Positions 30,407-40,201 of a DNA stretch of 64,000 nt are shown piece by piece. The stretch spans positions 27,632 to 91,631 of the forward strand of contig CACOJO010000004.1 of assembly GCA_902627595.1 (NCBI GenBank), written 5' to 3'. The translations under genes were made by a program, and so were the position numbers. The notes under the pieces were generated by a model. That model was not told where the DNA came from. It searched no databases and saw only the letters and a list, made by a program, of their open reading frames with translations. The stretch is from an uncultured SAR86 cluster bacterium. GTDB taxonomy: Bacteria; Pseudomonadota; Gammaproteobacteria; Magnimaribacterales; AG-339-G14. How positions within the stretch are numbered: the first letter of the stretch is position 1; every line of letters starts with the position of its first letter.

Positions 30407-32474
30407 AAAGATTAACTATAAACCCTAATTCTTCAGCTGTTTCTTTCAGAGACTCAATCCTACCACTTTTACCTGCATGTCCTCCTATCATGTTCATCTT
30501 TAACAAAACAGGATTTTCAGAGGTTGTATGTTCTCTTAGTTTTGGTACGTACTTAGCAGGTTCAAAATATTGAACTTGAGAGTCAAACAAACTAGAAGTA
30601 ACTAATATTGCTGGATAAGGCTTAAAATCAATATTGTCATATGGAGAATATCTTTTCATATATAAATATTCTTTTCTTTTAGCTGGATTTCCCCACTCTT
30701 CATATTCAAAAGTAGTCAAAGGAATACTTTCGTCGGACATTGTGGTTAGCACATCTACAAATGGAACAGCGGAAACAATACCTTTATAAAGAGTAGGCTC
30801 TAAATTTATTATCACTCCCATAAGAAGACCCCCGGCACTACCTCCCATCGCAAATATATTTTTTTTGTTGCCAATATTTAGTTTTAATAACGCTTTAGTA
30901 CAATCAATGAAGTCTGTAAAAGTATTCATTTTTTTTAACATCTTTCCTTGATCATACCAACTCTTACCAAGATCCTGGCCTCCTCTTATATGGGCAATTA
31001 CAAATACAAATCCTAATTCAACGAGTGGCATAAAAGATAATTTAAACGAAGGTTCAACTATCAGACCATATGAACCATAGCCATATTGCAATAATGGCGC
31101 ATGCTCTAAATTTATCCCTTTTTTATAGATCAATGAAACTGGAACTTTCTTACCATCCCGTACTTTTAAGAATAGACGTTTCGTTTCATAGTTGGACTCT
31201 TTATGATGAAAGATATTTTGTTGCCATACTTTTTTTCTTTTTTGCGAATACAGATTTTGAGAAAATATTGTAGTAGGAGTTCTTAAACTCGAATACGCAA
31301 AAGAAAAAGTTTTACTCTTGTAATCAATATTATTTACCAATTCAACTGAATAAGCGGGGTCATCAAATTTTATAATCGATTTATTTTTTGTATTTTTGTT
31401 TACTTGAGTTAAGAAGGGCAGTCCATTTTTCCGTGTTTCTAAAATAACGTAATCTTCAAAACATATAAAATTTTCAATTAATTCTTTTTTATTATGTCGT
31501 ATAAAGATTTTCCAATTATTTTCTTGTGTATTCTTTTTATTGGTCTTGTACAGCGCAAAATTCTTTTGATTTTTTCTGTTGCTGAGTATAAAAAATTCTT
31601 CCGGTGTATCATCAATATAATAAAGATGCCCTTTAGATCTCTTATGAAAACACTGTAAATCATAGTTTTCAGCTTCTAAATCTAATATTCTGAATTCATT
31701 GGACTCAGTCTTTGAAATATCCAACAACAAGTATTTTTTAGTCCTGCTTCTGAAAAAACCTAAGTTGTATTGGTTATCACATTCTTTATAAATCAGCTTA
31801 TCAGCTTTTGATGAGGTACCTAATTTATGAAAGTATAGAGAATCTGTAATTAAGGTATCAGGATCTTTTTTAAGATAAAAATACCCATCAGATGAATTAT
31901 TCCAAATAATTCCACCAGCGGCAGAGCACGTATTTTTCTCTAATAATTTCCCAGTCTTTAAATCCTTTATGACAATTGAGTATTCTCTTCTACCAGTCTC
32001 ATCTTCACCAAAAGCTAAAAGTGAGTGATCATTAGAAGGTTGAACTTTAGAAATATCATAGTATTTTTTATTTCTGGCTAGCTTGTTTATATCTAATATC
32101 AATTTTTTTCTTTTTTTAAAAACTTGGTAATACTTTGGGTGTTCATTTGAGATTGAAATGGACGAAAAATAGTCGTAACCATCAATACGCTTTTTAAAAC
32201 TTTCCTCAATTTTTGGCAAAGATTTTTTATATTTTCCAAATATTTTATTAGAGTCAACTTTATTTTTTTTATACCAATAATCAGTATATTTATTTTCATC
32301 TCGAAGATAGTTAAGAATCTCTTTATTTTTTCTTTTATCGTCTCTTAGCCAATAATAGTAATCAATTCTTTCATCGCCATGAGCCTTGAATTTCTTAATT
32401 TTCTTCTTAGGTTTTGGAGGATGTTTCATACCTGACATAGTGTACAGAAAAAATGACCGTGATATCAATTTCAA
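30390..32474 (-). CDS. ptrB: Oligopeptidase B (S9A prolyl oligopeptidase family)
   Basis: HGDERIDYYYWLRD N-terminal motif and the GGSAGGLLMG catalytic Ser. The start may be at a downstream Met (32438 or 32429). Confidence 0.8.
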   Translation of the reverse strand: MKLISRSFFLYTMSGMKHPPKPKKKIKKFKAHGDERIDYYYWLRDDKRKNKEILNYLRDENKYTDYWYKKNKVDSNKIFGKYKKSLPKIEESFKKRIDGYDYFSSISISNEHPKYYQVFKKRKKLILDINKLARNKKYYDISKVQPSNDHSLLAFGEDETGRREYSIVIKDLKTGKLLEKNTCSAAGGIIWNNSSDGYFYLKKDPDTLITDSLYFHKLGTSSKADKLIYKECDNQYNLGFFRSRTKKYLLLDISKTESNEFRILDLEAENYDLQCFHKRSKGHLYYIDDTPEEFFILSNRKNQKNFALYKTNKKNTQENNWKIFIRHNKKELIENFICFEDYVILETRKNGLPFLTQVNKNTKNKSIIKFDDPAYSVELVNNIDYKSKTFSFAYSSLRTPTTIFSQNLYSQKRKKVWQQNIFHHKESNYETKRLFLKVRDGKKVPVSLIYKKGINLEHAPLLQYGYGSYGLIVEPSFKLSFMPLVELGFVFVIAHIRGGQDLGKSWYDQGKMLKKMNTFTDFIDCTKALLKLNIGNKKNIFAMGGSAGGLLMGVIINLEPTLYKGIVSAVPFVDVLTTMSDESIPLTTFEYEEWGNPAKRKEYLYMKRYSPYDNIDFKPYPAILVTSSLFDSQVQYFEPAKYVPKLREHTTSENPVLLKMNMIGGHAGKSGRIESLKETAEELGFIVNLSKLDS

Positions 32475-32521
32475 TTACTATACGTTTCGCTTAGTACCAA
32501 AACTATCTTTTAATAAAAAAT

Positions 32522-34432
32522 ATGAGAACAGATGACTCAGTAAGTTCTTTGAATGAGAACAGTATTATCAATGACAAGATTGATTTACCCAGTCTGTTTT
32601 CTATTTTTTTGGATAACTTTAATCTTTTAATTTCAGCTTTTTTAGTTGGAATTGTTCTTTCTTCAATAATTTACTTAAGTTCTGTAAGTATTTATAGCTC
32701 AAAATCATTGATTGAAATTCAGCAACAGGAAAATATGTTTGAAAATAGTATTCCTGGATTTGCAAGGAATACAGAAAACTCATTACTTGCAGAAGTTGCC
32801 ATTTACAAATCAAGAAATACCTTAGACGATGTTGTTAAATCTCTTGAAGATGATGTAAATATTGATATAGAAGATATTCCCTCATCAAATTTAATCAGAT
32901 CAAATCTTTCAGTATCTTCAAATGGAAGATCTTTAATGACCATTATTTATAATCATTCTGACCCTAAATTAACTGAACATATTCTGAATCTTCTCAATCA
33001 GGAATATATAAAAGATAGAAGAGATTTTAGAAAAAGATCTACTGCTGCAGGCAGAGAGTTTATAAAAAAAGAGATACCAAAGATAAAACAATCTCTTAAG
33101 GAAGCAGAAGACAAACTCAATAACTTTAAATTATCTACTAATGACTCAGGACTTATATTTGAGACTGAAAATAGAAGTTCAGAGTTAAATAATCTCTATC
33201 GAGCAATCGATGATATTGAGTTTAAAGAATTAGAATTAAAAGAATTTTATAAGACAAATCACCCAATTTATCTAACATTGACCGAGCAGAAAAATTTTCT
33301 ACTAAATAAAATAAAAATTATTGAAAGCGACTTACCTAACATACCAAATACGCAAAGAAAACTAGAAAATCTCAAGAGAGAAGTGACTATTTATTCAGAT
33401 GTGCTAAATAATTTATCCTCACAAGAAATTAATCTTGCCATGGCAGAAGCTTCCAGTAACAGTAACGTAAGAATAATAAACAAACCTAGTAATGCAGTTA
33501 AAATTCAGCCTACCGTTTATGTGTTCTCAATTCCTTTTGCAATAATAATTTTTATATATCTAATTCAAGCTATAAGACATTTTTTGGGAGATAAAATTAC
33601 TAATTATGATGCCTTGATAGATTTCGTTGATAAAAAAAATGTTTTAGGAGAACTCCCTTTGTATAACAAGGAAGCTAAAGAGCCTTCCGATGACTCAAGC
33701 TTAATTGCTGAAGAATTAATGAATAAAATTGCCTATGAAATTACTCATTCAAAAGATCAATTATCTTCTATCTCCATTGTGGGTTCAAAAAAAGGAGTTG
33801 GCAAAACAGAAATTTCAGAGAAGTTATTTTATAAATTAACTTCTCTGGGAAAAAGAGTTTGTCTTCTAGATTTAGACTATAAAAAAAGAGATTTAACTCT
33901 CAAATCATTTTCTTCAGAGAAAACTCCAAAAGATTTTAAAGAATTCTTCCAAGATATTGACTCTTATAAAATAGAACAAAGTCTATTTATTCCATCCTTT
34001 GACGTCGAGAATTCTGTTGAATTTTTTACTTCTGATGAATTTGCATCTGAAATAAAGAAGCTTAAAGAAGAGTATGATTATGTCATTTGTGATACACCTC
34101 CATGGAGTTTATTTATTGATGCAAAGATTGTTTCTAGATACTTTGACGCATGTCTTTATGTAGTAGGAAATAAAATTTCTACTTTCAAAGATATTATTCT
34201 GTTTAACAAAGATTTAGAGTCATTTGAAAAACAAAAATCTATTAAGTATTTTTATAATAAATTTGATGTATTTTTTAACTTCTTTTGGTATAGATATCAC
34301 TATCCTAACTACTCTGATAACTATTATTATGAATATTCTGCATATGGAAATTTAAAAGAAGAATATCTTTTTAGGCGAATTTTTAATAAAATCCTCGAAC
34401 TTTTTAATAAATTGAGAAATAAACAGTCATGA
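32522..34432 (+). CDS. Wzc-like polysaccharide co-polymerase / bacterial tyrosine autokinase (BY-kinase)
   Basis: Two TM segments flank a coiled-coil periplasmic region. Walker A GSKKGVGKT, Walker A' VCLLDLDYKKRD, Walker B YVICDTPP. C-terminal Tyr cluster YRYHYPNYSDNYYYEYSAYGN. Confidence 0.75.
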   Translation: MRTDDSVSSLNENSIINDKIDLPSLFSIFLDNFNLLISAFLVGIVLSSIIYLSSVSIYSSKSLIEIQQQENMFENSIPGFARNTENSLLAEVAIYKSRNTLDDVVKSLEDDVNIDIEDIPSSNLIRSNLSVSSNGRSLMTIIYNHSDPKLTEHILNLLNQEYIKDRRDFRKRSTAAGREFIKKEIPKIKQSLKEAEDKLNNFKLSTNDSGLIFETENRSSELNNLYRAIDDIEFKELELKEFYKTNHPIYLTLTEQKNFLLNKIKIIESDLPNIPNTQRKLENLKREVTIYSDVLNNLSSQEINLAMAEASSNSNVRIINKPSNAVKIQPTVYVFSIPFAIIIFIYLIQAIRHFLGDKITNYDALIDFVDKKNVLGELPLYNKEAKEPSDDSSLIAEELMNKIAYEITHSKDQLSSISIVGSKKGVGKTEISEKLFYKLTSLGKRVCLLDLDYKKRDLTLKSFSSEKTPKDFKEFFQDIDSYKIEQSLFIPSFDVENSVEFFTSDEFASEIKKLKEEYDYVICDTPPWSLFIDAKIVSRYFDACLYVVGNKISTFKDIILFNKDLESFEKQKSIKYFYNKFDVFFNFFWYRYHYPNYSDNYYYEYSAYGNLKEEYLFRRIFNKILELFNKLRNKQS

Positions 34433-35565
34433 CTCAGAAGATATGTAGCTATATAAAGACATTGAAGATATTATTTCTATCTATTTTTTTAGTATCTTGT
34501 TCTATCGGTACTCACTTTAAAACTACGGAAGTTAGATCTTTTAAGGGAGTGGTTATTCCTGAATTATCAAAAGAACCAATATTGATTGAAAATATTTCAA
34601 AGAATTTGATTACAAACGAATCTAGGAGGGCGCCTTTAAATCTTCCTCTATCTCTTTTAAATTATGAACCTACCTCTTATAAAGTCGGTAATGGAGATGT
34701 GCTTTTTATTTACGTTTACGGAGAAACTGAAAGACTATCTGCATCTTTAGCGAGAGGAGCTGCTATAAATCCAGTTTTTCAGAAAAAAGTTAGAGATGAC
34801 GGTACAATTTTTTATCCTAATGCAGGAGTAATTGATGTTAAAGGTAAATCAATAGAAGAGATTAGATTAATTCTTACTGACAGATTATCTAATGTGTTAA
34901 ATAATCCTCAGGTTGATGTCTCTGTTTCTGAATTTAATTCTCAAAGAATTGTTGTTTCAGGAAACTTTAATACTACTGGAACAATTCCAATTACTTTAAA
35001 TCCAGTTACTTTGAATGAGGTTATAGCTAATGCTAATCCTTTTGGATCTAATGGTACATTTTCAAATGGAGACCTTACTTCTTTAAAACTTTCACGAGAT
35101 GGAGTTACATATGACATTGATTTTGAATATCTATCGAGGAACTCATTAATTCAAAATTATATTTATCTCAAAGACAAAGATGCTATTTACTTACCTGATA
35201 ATTCTCTAACACAAGTTCATGTTTTAGGAGAAGCAAATGCACCTACATCAATAACTTTAAGAAGAAAAAATATTTCCCTATCTCACGCTTTGGCAACATC
35301 TCAAGGACTAAATCAATCAACTTCGAGAGGAAAAGAAGTTTATATATTTAGACCTAAGGATTTTGAAGGCAAACCAAGAATTTTTAAATCAAATATTTCC
35401 TCTCCTACTGGCTACTTACTAGCAAGTGAATTTTTACTTCAAGCAGAAGACATTGTATTCATTGGAACAGCAGGAGTTACTTCTTGGTCTAGATTTATTA
35501 GTCAGCTTCTTCCATTTACTAACTTTATTAATTCTGCCGAAGATACGGATTTAATTACAAATTAG
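34429..35565 (+). CDS. Wza-like outer-membrane polysaccharide export lipoprotein
   Basis: Lipobox (LVSCS). Poly_export motif YKVGNGDVLFIYVYG...DGTIFYPNAGVIDVKGKSIEEI...PQVDVSV is colinear with E. coli Wza as recalled. Confidence 0.8.
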   Translation: MTQKICSYIKTLKILFLSIFLVSCSIGTHFKTTEVRSFKGVVIPELSKEPILIENISKNLITNESRRAPLNLPLSLLNYEPTSYKVGNGDVLFIYVYGETERLSASLARGAAINPVFQKKVRDDGTIFYPNAGVIDVKGKSIEEIRLILTDRLSNVLNNPQVDVSVSEFNSQRIVVSGNFNTTGTIPITLNPVTLNEVIANANPFGSNGTFSNGDLTSLKLSRDGVTYDIDFEYLSRNSLIQNYIYLKDKDAIYLPDNSLTQVHVLGEANAPTSITLRRKNISLSHALATSQGLNQSTSRGKEVYIFRPKDFEGKPRIFKSNISSPTGYLLASEFLLQAEDIVFIGTAGVTSWSRFISQLLPFTNFINSAEDTDLITN

Positions 35566-35571
35566 AAAAAT

Positions 35572-36327
35572 TTGATAAAACTATTATTTTTTTTATTATT
35601 TTTTTCTGAATTAGTATTTTCAAATTTAACTATCGAAGATTTAGATTTTTATAGAAAATCATCAAATCCTCAATCAATTTCTATAGTTTCATCAGGTACT
35701 AACTATTGCAAAAACTATTTTAGTTCTAATAAGTCCATTAACGTAAGCTCAAAAAACACTTTTAAAAATTCTTTTTCATGTAAATATTCTCTAAAAAGGA
35801 ATAGATTTTATGTTTTTATGGTTGCCCAAACAAAAAACCAAGAAAAAACAATACGAGAGAACTGTTTAGATGTTTTGAGTAAATGGCCTGAAATAATGGA
35901 TCATATGGATGAAACATTTTTTGATAATAAAAAATTATATTTGGAAGGTTTTTTTGTAGAAAATATTTTCAATAACCAAATATTAAGCTTTTCAAATATT
36001 TATGCTCAAGATGAGTTGGAGAAGAAAAATCTTATAAATCAGTTAATTCTCGACAAAAAATCATCGTTTTCTTCCAATGATGAAGAAAATAATGAACTAG
36101 TTAAAAAAGAAATCTTACGTTTAGAAAAAATATATAAAAAAATAATAGAAAATAAAATTCCAGATCTTCACAAAATAATAAAGCTTGAATTGGATAAAAT
36201 CACAAGATATAAAATTTTCATTAATGACTTAAATAGATTTAAATCATATAGTTGTAATTGGAAACCTGGCAAAGGGCTTGATCCTTACATAAAAAAAGAA
36301 AAATTTATTGAGTTCGAAAATATCTAG
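35572..36327 (+). CDS. Secreted protein, unknown function (K/N/I/F-rich)
   Basis: TTG start and N-terminal signal-like segment (LLFFLLFFSELVFS). No motif recognised. Lowest-GC stretch I spot-checked. Confidence 0.4.
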   Translation: MIKLLFFLLFFSELVFSNLTIEDLDFYRKSSNPQSISIVSSGTNYCKNYFSSNKSINVSSKNTFKNSFSCKYSLKRNRFYVFMVAQTKNQEKTIRENCLDVLSKWPEIMDHMDETFFDNKKLYLEGFFVENIFNNQILSFSNIYAQDELEKKNLINQLILDKKSSFSSNDEENNELVKKEILRLEKIYKKIIENKIPDLHKIIKLELDKITRYKIFINDLNRFKSYSCNWKPGKGLDPYIKKEKFIEFENI

Positions 36328-36344
36328 TTAAGTGCGGAGAAATT

Positions 36345-37298
36345 ATGGGAAATATTGTAGAAGCAAATAATATAAATATTTGGTACGAAGAATTTGGAGA
36401 TAAAAATAAAGAAACAATCCTTCTTATTATGGGAGCCAATGCGAATTGTATGCAATGGGATCAGGATTTTATTGACCAACTAGTTTCAAATGATTTTCAT
36501 GTAGTTAGGTTTGATAATAGAGATGTTGGCAAAACTACATGGTTTGGAAAAGAACCTACGTTTAATAAGCTCTTAAAATTTCTTCCAAATTTTCTTTTGA
36601 AAATGATTGTTAATAGTATTTTTGGCTTGGCTGTTGATAAAAATGGAAGATTTAAGTTTAGTGAATCTACCTCAATAGAATACGATTTGTCTGATATGGC
36701 TAAAGATGCAGTTTCATTAATGGAGGCTCTAAAAATTGATAAAGCTCATATCATAGGAGCTTCAATGGGTGGAATGATTACCCAAATCATTGCATTAGAT
36801 TATCCAGAGAGAGTGTTAAGCATTACTCCCATAATGACTTCCCCTGGAATACATAATGATTCATTATCTGGACCTACTGAAGAATTGCTTGAGGCAATGA
36901 AAAAGTCATTTGTATATAACCTTAAAGGCAGAATAGAAGACGGGGTTGTTGAAATTTACCGACAACTTACTGGCTCACGGTTTCCTTTTAACGAACAAGA
37001 TTTTCGAGAAAAGTTAAAGCCAGTTATTGCGCATGGAAATAATCCTTTTGCTCTTCATGGAGCCGCAGTTGGTGCGAGTCCAGACAGAACAAGTCGACTT
37101 CATGAAATTAAAGTTCCTGCTTTAATTATTCACGGAACTGAAGATGCTATCCTTCCACTCGACCATGGTATTGCCGTTGCAGATGGCATAACAGATTCAA
37201 AAAGAATGATTATGGAGGGAGTAGGGCATGAAATTCCTGAAGAGTTATTACCTGAAATAATTAACGAAATTGTAGAGAATATTAGAAGAGTTTCTTGA
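36345..37298 (+). CDS. Alpha/beta-fold hydrolase (Ser nucleophile)
   Basis: GASMGG nucleophile elbow, HGTEDAILP, GHEIPEE. Confidence 0.7.
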   Translation: MGNIVEANNINIWYEEFGDKNKETILLIMGANANCMQWDQDFIDQLVSNDFHVVRFDNRDVGKTTWFGKEPTFNKLLKFLPNFLLKMIVNSIFGLAVDKNGRFKFSESTSIEYDLSDMAKDAVSLMEALKIDKAHIIGASMGGMITQIIALDYPERVLSITPIMTSPGIHNDSLSGPTEELLEAMKKSFVYNLKGRIEDGVVEIYRQLTGSRFPFNEQDFREKLKPVIAHGNNPFALHGAAVGASPDRTSRLHEIKVPALIIHGTEDAILPLDHGIAVADGITDSKRMIMEGVGHEIPEELLPEIINEIVENIRRVS

Positions 37299-37300
37299 AA

Positions 37301-37876
37301 TTAAATTAAATATTTTTTTGTATTTAAGGTAAAAATCTCTTTTATTTGTTTTTCATTTAAGCTCTGAACAACACTAAGTCTTAAGAAAAACATAAAAGAC
37401 ATACATTCAAATATAATTTCTCTTTCGGATTTCCTTTTTTCTTGAATCTCAGGAAGAATGGAATAAACAAAATTTCTTAAAATTTTATTCCAAGAAAACA
37501 TATTTTTTCTTAAATTTTTGTCTCTCCAGATATTGCGAAGATTCCAACGGATAATATTTTGATTTTTTACATAGAGTTTAATAAGAATAGAACAAACATT
37601 TTCAATTCTACTTTCTAAGTTATCCGTTTTATTTATTAAAGAAAAGGCACTGGTAAATTCTTCACCAAGTTTTTGATCTAAACTTTCTTGAAGTGTTTCT
37701 TGATCTTTGAAATGACGAAAAATTGTTCTAGTTCCTATATTTGCTTCTTTAGCAATAGAATTAAAGGACATGTTATCTATGTTGCCTTTACGGGCAATTT
37801 TTATAGCAGTGTTCAAAATGTGATCTGAAGTAGACTCACTTCTTAATTTTCGTCCGTCTTTTTTTAGCTTATCCAT
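37301..37876 (-). CDS. TetR family transcriptional regulator
   Basis: N-terminal HTH (ILNTAIKIARKGNIDNMSFNSIAKEANIGTRTIFRHFKDQETL), 191 aa. Divergent from the dehalogenase gene. Confidence 0.75.
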   Translation of the reverse strand: MDKLKKDGRKLRSESTSDHILNTAIKIARKGNIDNMSFNSIAKEANIGTRTIFRHFKDQETLQESLDQKLGEEFTSAFSLINKTDNLESRIENVCSILIKLYVKNQNIIRWNLRNIWRDKNLRKNMFSWNKILRNFVYSILPEIQEKRKSEREIIFECMSFMFFLRLSVVQSLNEKQIKEIFTLNTKKYLI

Positions 37877-37881
37877 ATGAA

Positions 37882-37936
37882 TATGACAGTAACGCTGTCA
37901 TAAGTTATTGACACACATACTGTCATATTCTATATT
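37882..37936 (+). promoter_or_regulatory. Candidate TetR operator pair overlapping a near-consensus promoter (TTGACA-N17-TATATT)
   Basis: Perfect inverted repeat TATGACAG-N5-CTGTCATA at 37882-37902. Second copy TGACA-N7-TGTCA(TA) at 37909-37927 overlaps the -35 TTGACA (37908-37913). The -10 TATATT is at 37931-37936, with AAGGAGGA Shine-Dalgarno before the GTG at 37970. Confidence 0.5.
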
Positions 37937-37969
37937 CAATTTATATTTTTAAGCAAGGAGGAATAGTAA

Positions 37970-39070
37970 GTGAAGTCAATTCTAGGTTTCTTCATTTTCT
38001 TAATAGTTAATTTTTCTATCTCCATAAATATTTATGGAGATGAGATTAAAGAGGGCGTTTTAAGAACTCCAGATGAAAGATTTGAAAATCTGAAAGATTA
38101 TCCTTTTAAACCCAATTATGTGATGATTGATGGTTTGAGAATTCATTATCTTGATGAAGGCCCAAGAGATGCAGATCCAATATTTCTGCTTCATGGCGAA
38201 CCTGCATGGAGTTATTTATTTAGAAAAATGATACCTGTATTAACTGCGCAAGGACATAGAGTAATTGTTCCAGACTGTGTTGGTTTTGGTAAATCAGATA
38301 AGTTTATTTCAAAATATGACTATTCTTACAAGCATCATGTTGAGGTTATGAAGGAATTAGTCCAAAAACTTAATCTCCAGAATGCAACTTTCTTTGGTCA
38401 AGATTGGGGTGGTTTAGTAGGTTTAAGAGTAGTCGCTGAGTTACCGGATCGCTTTGACAACGTTGTCGTATCCAATACAGGAATGGTTGCTCGATCTGGC
38501 ATATCAGCATGGCTATTTGAAAAATTTGTTCAATTCAGGGTTTGGTGGATTGGACCGATCACTTTCGAAGAGTTAATGTCCATAGCCAAAGAAGCATTGA
38601 CAGTTGAAAATCCTTCTGCATCTACAGGAATTTCAATGTTTAGTAATTGGATAGCATATTCATATTATGCAGATGATATGAATATTCCTGGAATCATTAA
38701 AAATTTTGGCGGAATAGATTTATCAGAAGAGGAAGCTTATGCTTATGAAGCTCCTTATCCCTCGGGTTTATATAAAGCAGGAGCCCATGTTTGGCCTTAT
38801 CTTATTCCAACTCAACTCCCAGAAAATGAAAAACTTTGGAAAGAAGTTTATGAAAAATGGGATAAACCTTTCCTAGTAGCTTTTGGAGAAAATGAAAGAA
38901 TTACTCTTCCAATGAAGGCTGTTTTTCTAGAACGTATTCCAAACCCAACTGTTATAACTTTAGGAGGCGCAAGTCATTTTGTGCAGGAAGAAGTTGGTCC
39001 CGAGCTCGCGCAAATCATTAGTGATTTTATTCAAGGAAAGCCAGTAGCGGATTTACCAGCTAAAAATTGA
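37970..39070 (+). CDS. Haloalkane dehalogenase family protein, HLD-I (DhlA-like), with an N-terminal signal peptide
   Basis: The GTG start is followed by a hydrophobic leader (MKSILGFFIFLIVNFSISINIYG). RTPDERFENLKDYPFKPNY, HGEPAWSYLF, GFGKSDK, FFGQDWGG and GASHFVQEE are colinear with DhlA as recalled. Confidence 0.8.
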   Translation: MKSILGFFIFLIVNFSISINIYGDEIKEGVLRTPDERFENLKDYPFKPNYVMIDGLRIHYLDEGPRDADPIFLLHGEPAWSYLFRKMIPVLTAQGHRVIVPDCVGFGKSDKFISKYDYSYKHHVEVMKELVQKLNLQNATFFGQDWGGLVGLRVVAELPDRFDNVVVSNTGMVARSGISAWLFEKFVQFRVWWIGPITFEELMSIAKEALTVENPSASTGISMFSNWIAYSYYADDMNIPGIIKNFGGIDLSEEEAYAYEAPYPSGLYKAGAHVWPYLIPTQLPENEKLWKEVYEKWDKPFLVAFGENERITLPMKAVFLERIPNPTVITLGGASHFVQEEVGPELAQIISDFIQGKPVADLPAKN

Positions 39071-39173
39071 AAATTTCTGTAAATAGCTAAAGGATTAACA
39101 AGCAGGATCTCCTTTCTTTAATAAAAGTGATATAAATTTGGTAAGATAATTTTTCGATTTTAGGAGTATTCTC

Positions 39174-40199
39174 ATGACAGACTCAATAAAGCTTATAGGG
39201 AATGTAGCATCACCATATACCAGGAAGATGATTGCTTATCTAAGATATAAGAGAATTCCATATGAAGTAATTTGGGGTCAACCAGAAGATGTTCTCAAGA
39301 AAATGAACATTGAACCTCCAAAACCTATTCTTTTGCCAGTATTTATATTGGATCGAGATGGTCAAGCTACTGCAGTTACCGACTCAACTCCTCTTATAAG
39401 AGAGTTTGAAGAAAAATATCCTGATAGATCAGTGCTCCCCAAGGATCCAGCTCTAAACTTTATAAATTTTATCCTTGAGGACTTTGGCGATGAATGGTGT
39501 ACAAAATTTATGTTCCACTATAGATGGCATTTTGATGAGGATGCAGATAATGCAGGAACTATTTTACCTTTGGGCATAAACAGTACTTTGGAAGACGATG
39601 AGTTGGCATTTTTTAAAGAACATTTTGCAAAAAGACAAATAGACAGATTATGGGTAGTAGGCTCTAACAATGATACTGCTGAGTTTATAGATAAAAGCTA
39701 CAAAAATGTACTTTCAATTTTTGAAGAACATTTTAAAAAGTATCCATTTCTCCTCGGAAACTTTCCATCTTCATGCGATTTTGCAGTTTATGGGCAATTT
39801 ACTCAATTAGTAGGATTTGATCCTACTCCCAGAAGAATAGCACATGAAATTTCTCCTAGAACAGTTGCATATGTAAACACACTTGATGATAGAGGAGGTT
39901 TAGATTATATCGAGGAAGATATCTCTTTAGATTTCCTTAGCGACTCAATACACGATCTTTTTAAGGAGTTAGCCGTCTCTTATGTGCCAACTCTAATAGA
40001 AAATCATAAAGCTATCAAAGAAGGTGAAAAAGAATGGTCTGTTGACCTGGCAGGTTATCCTTGGAAGCAGAAATCATTTCCTTATCAAGCAAAGTGTCTT
40101 GATTGGATAAGAGATGAATTCAAGGGCCTGGATAATGAAAATCAAAAAAAAGTTTTAGGTTTTTTAGCCTCAACCGATTGTCAATCTTTAGTGGAGTAA
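39174..40199 (+). CDS. Glutathione S-transferase-like protein
   Basis: N-terminal thioredoxin-like GST motif LIGNVASPYTRKMIAYLRYKRIPYE (compare E. coli YibF LVGSYTSPFVRK). The 341-aa length is longer than canonical GSTs. Confidence 0.55.
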   Translation: MTDSIKLIGNVASPYTRKMIAYLRYKRIPYEVIWGQPEDVLKKMNIEPPKPILLPVFILDRDGQATAVTDSTPLIREFEEKYPDRSVLPKDPALNFINFILEDFGDEWCTKFMFHYRWHFDEDADNAGTILPLGINSTLEDDELAFFKEHFAKRQIDRLWVVGSNNDTAEFIDKSYKNVLSIFEEHFKKYPFLLGNFPSSCDFAVYGQFTQLVGFDPTPRRIAHEISPRTVAYVNTLDDRGGLDYIEEDISLDFLSDSIHDLFKELAVSYVPTLIENHKAIKEGEKEWSVDLAGYPWKQKSFPYQAKCLDWIRDEFKGLDNENQKKVLGFLASTDCQSLVE

Positions 40200-40201
40200 A
40201 T

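Noticed and set aside
39071-39173. Weak hairpin (AAAGGA...TCCTTT) between the exported HLD-I and the GST-like gene, considered as a terminator that splits the cluster into two operons.
   Set aside because: It has only a 6-bp AT-rich stem with a 15-nt loop and no clear U-tract. That is insufficient to call a terminator. The operon structure of the cluster is left open.
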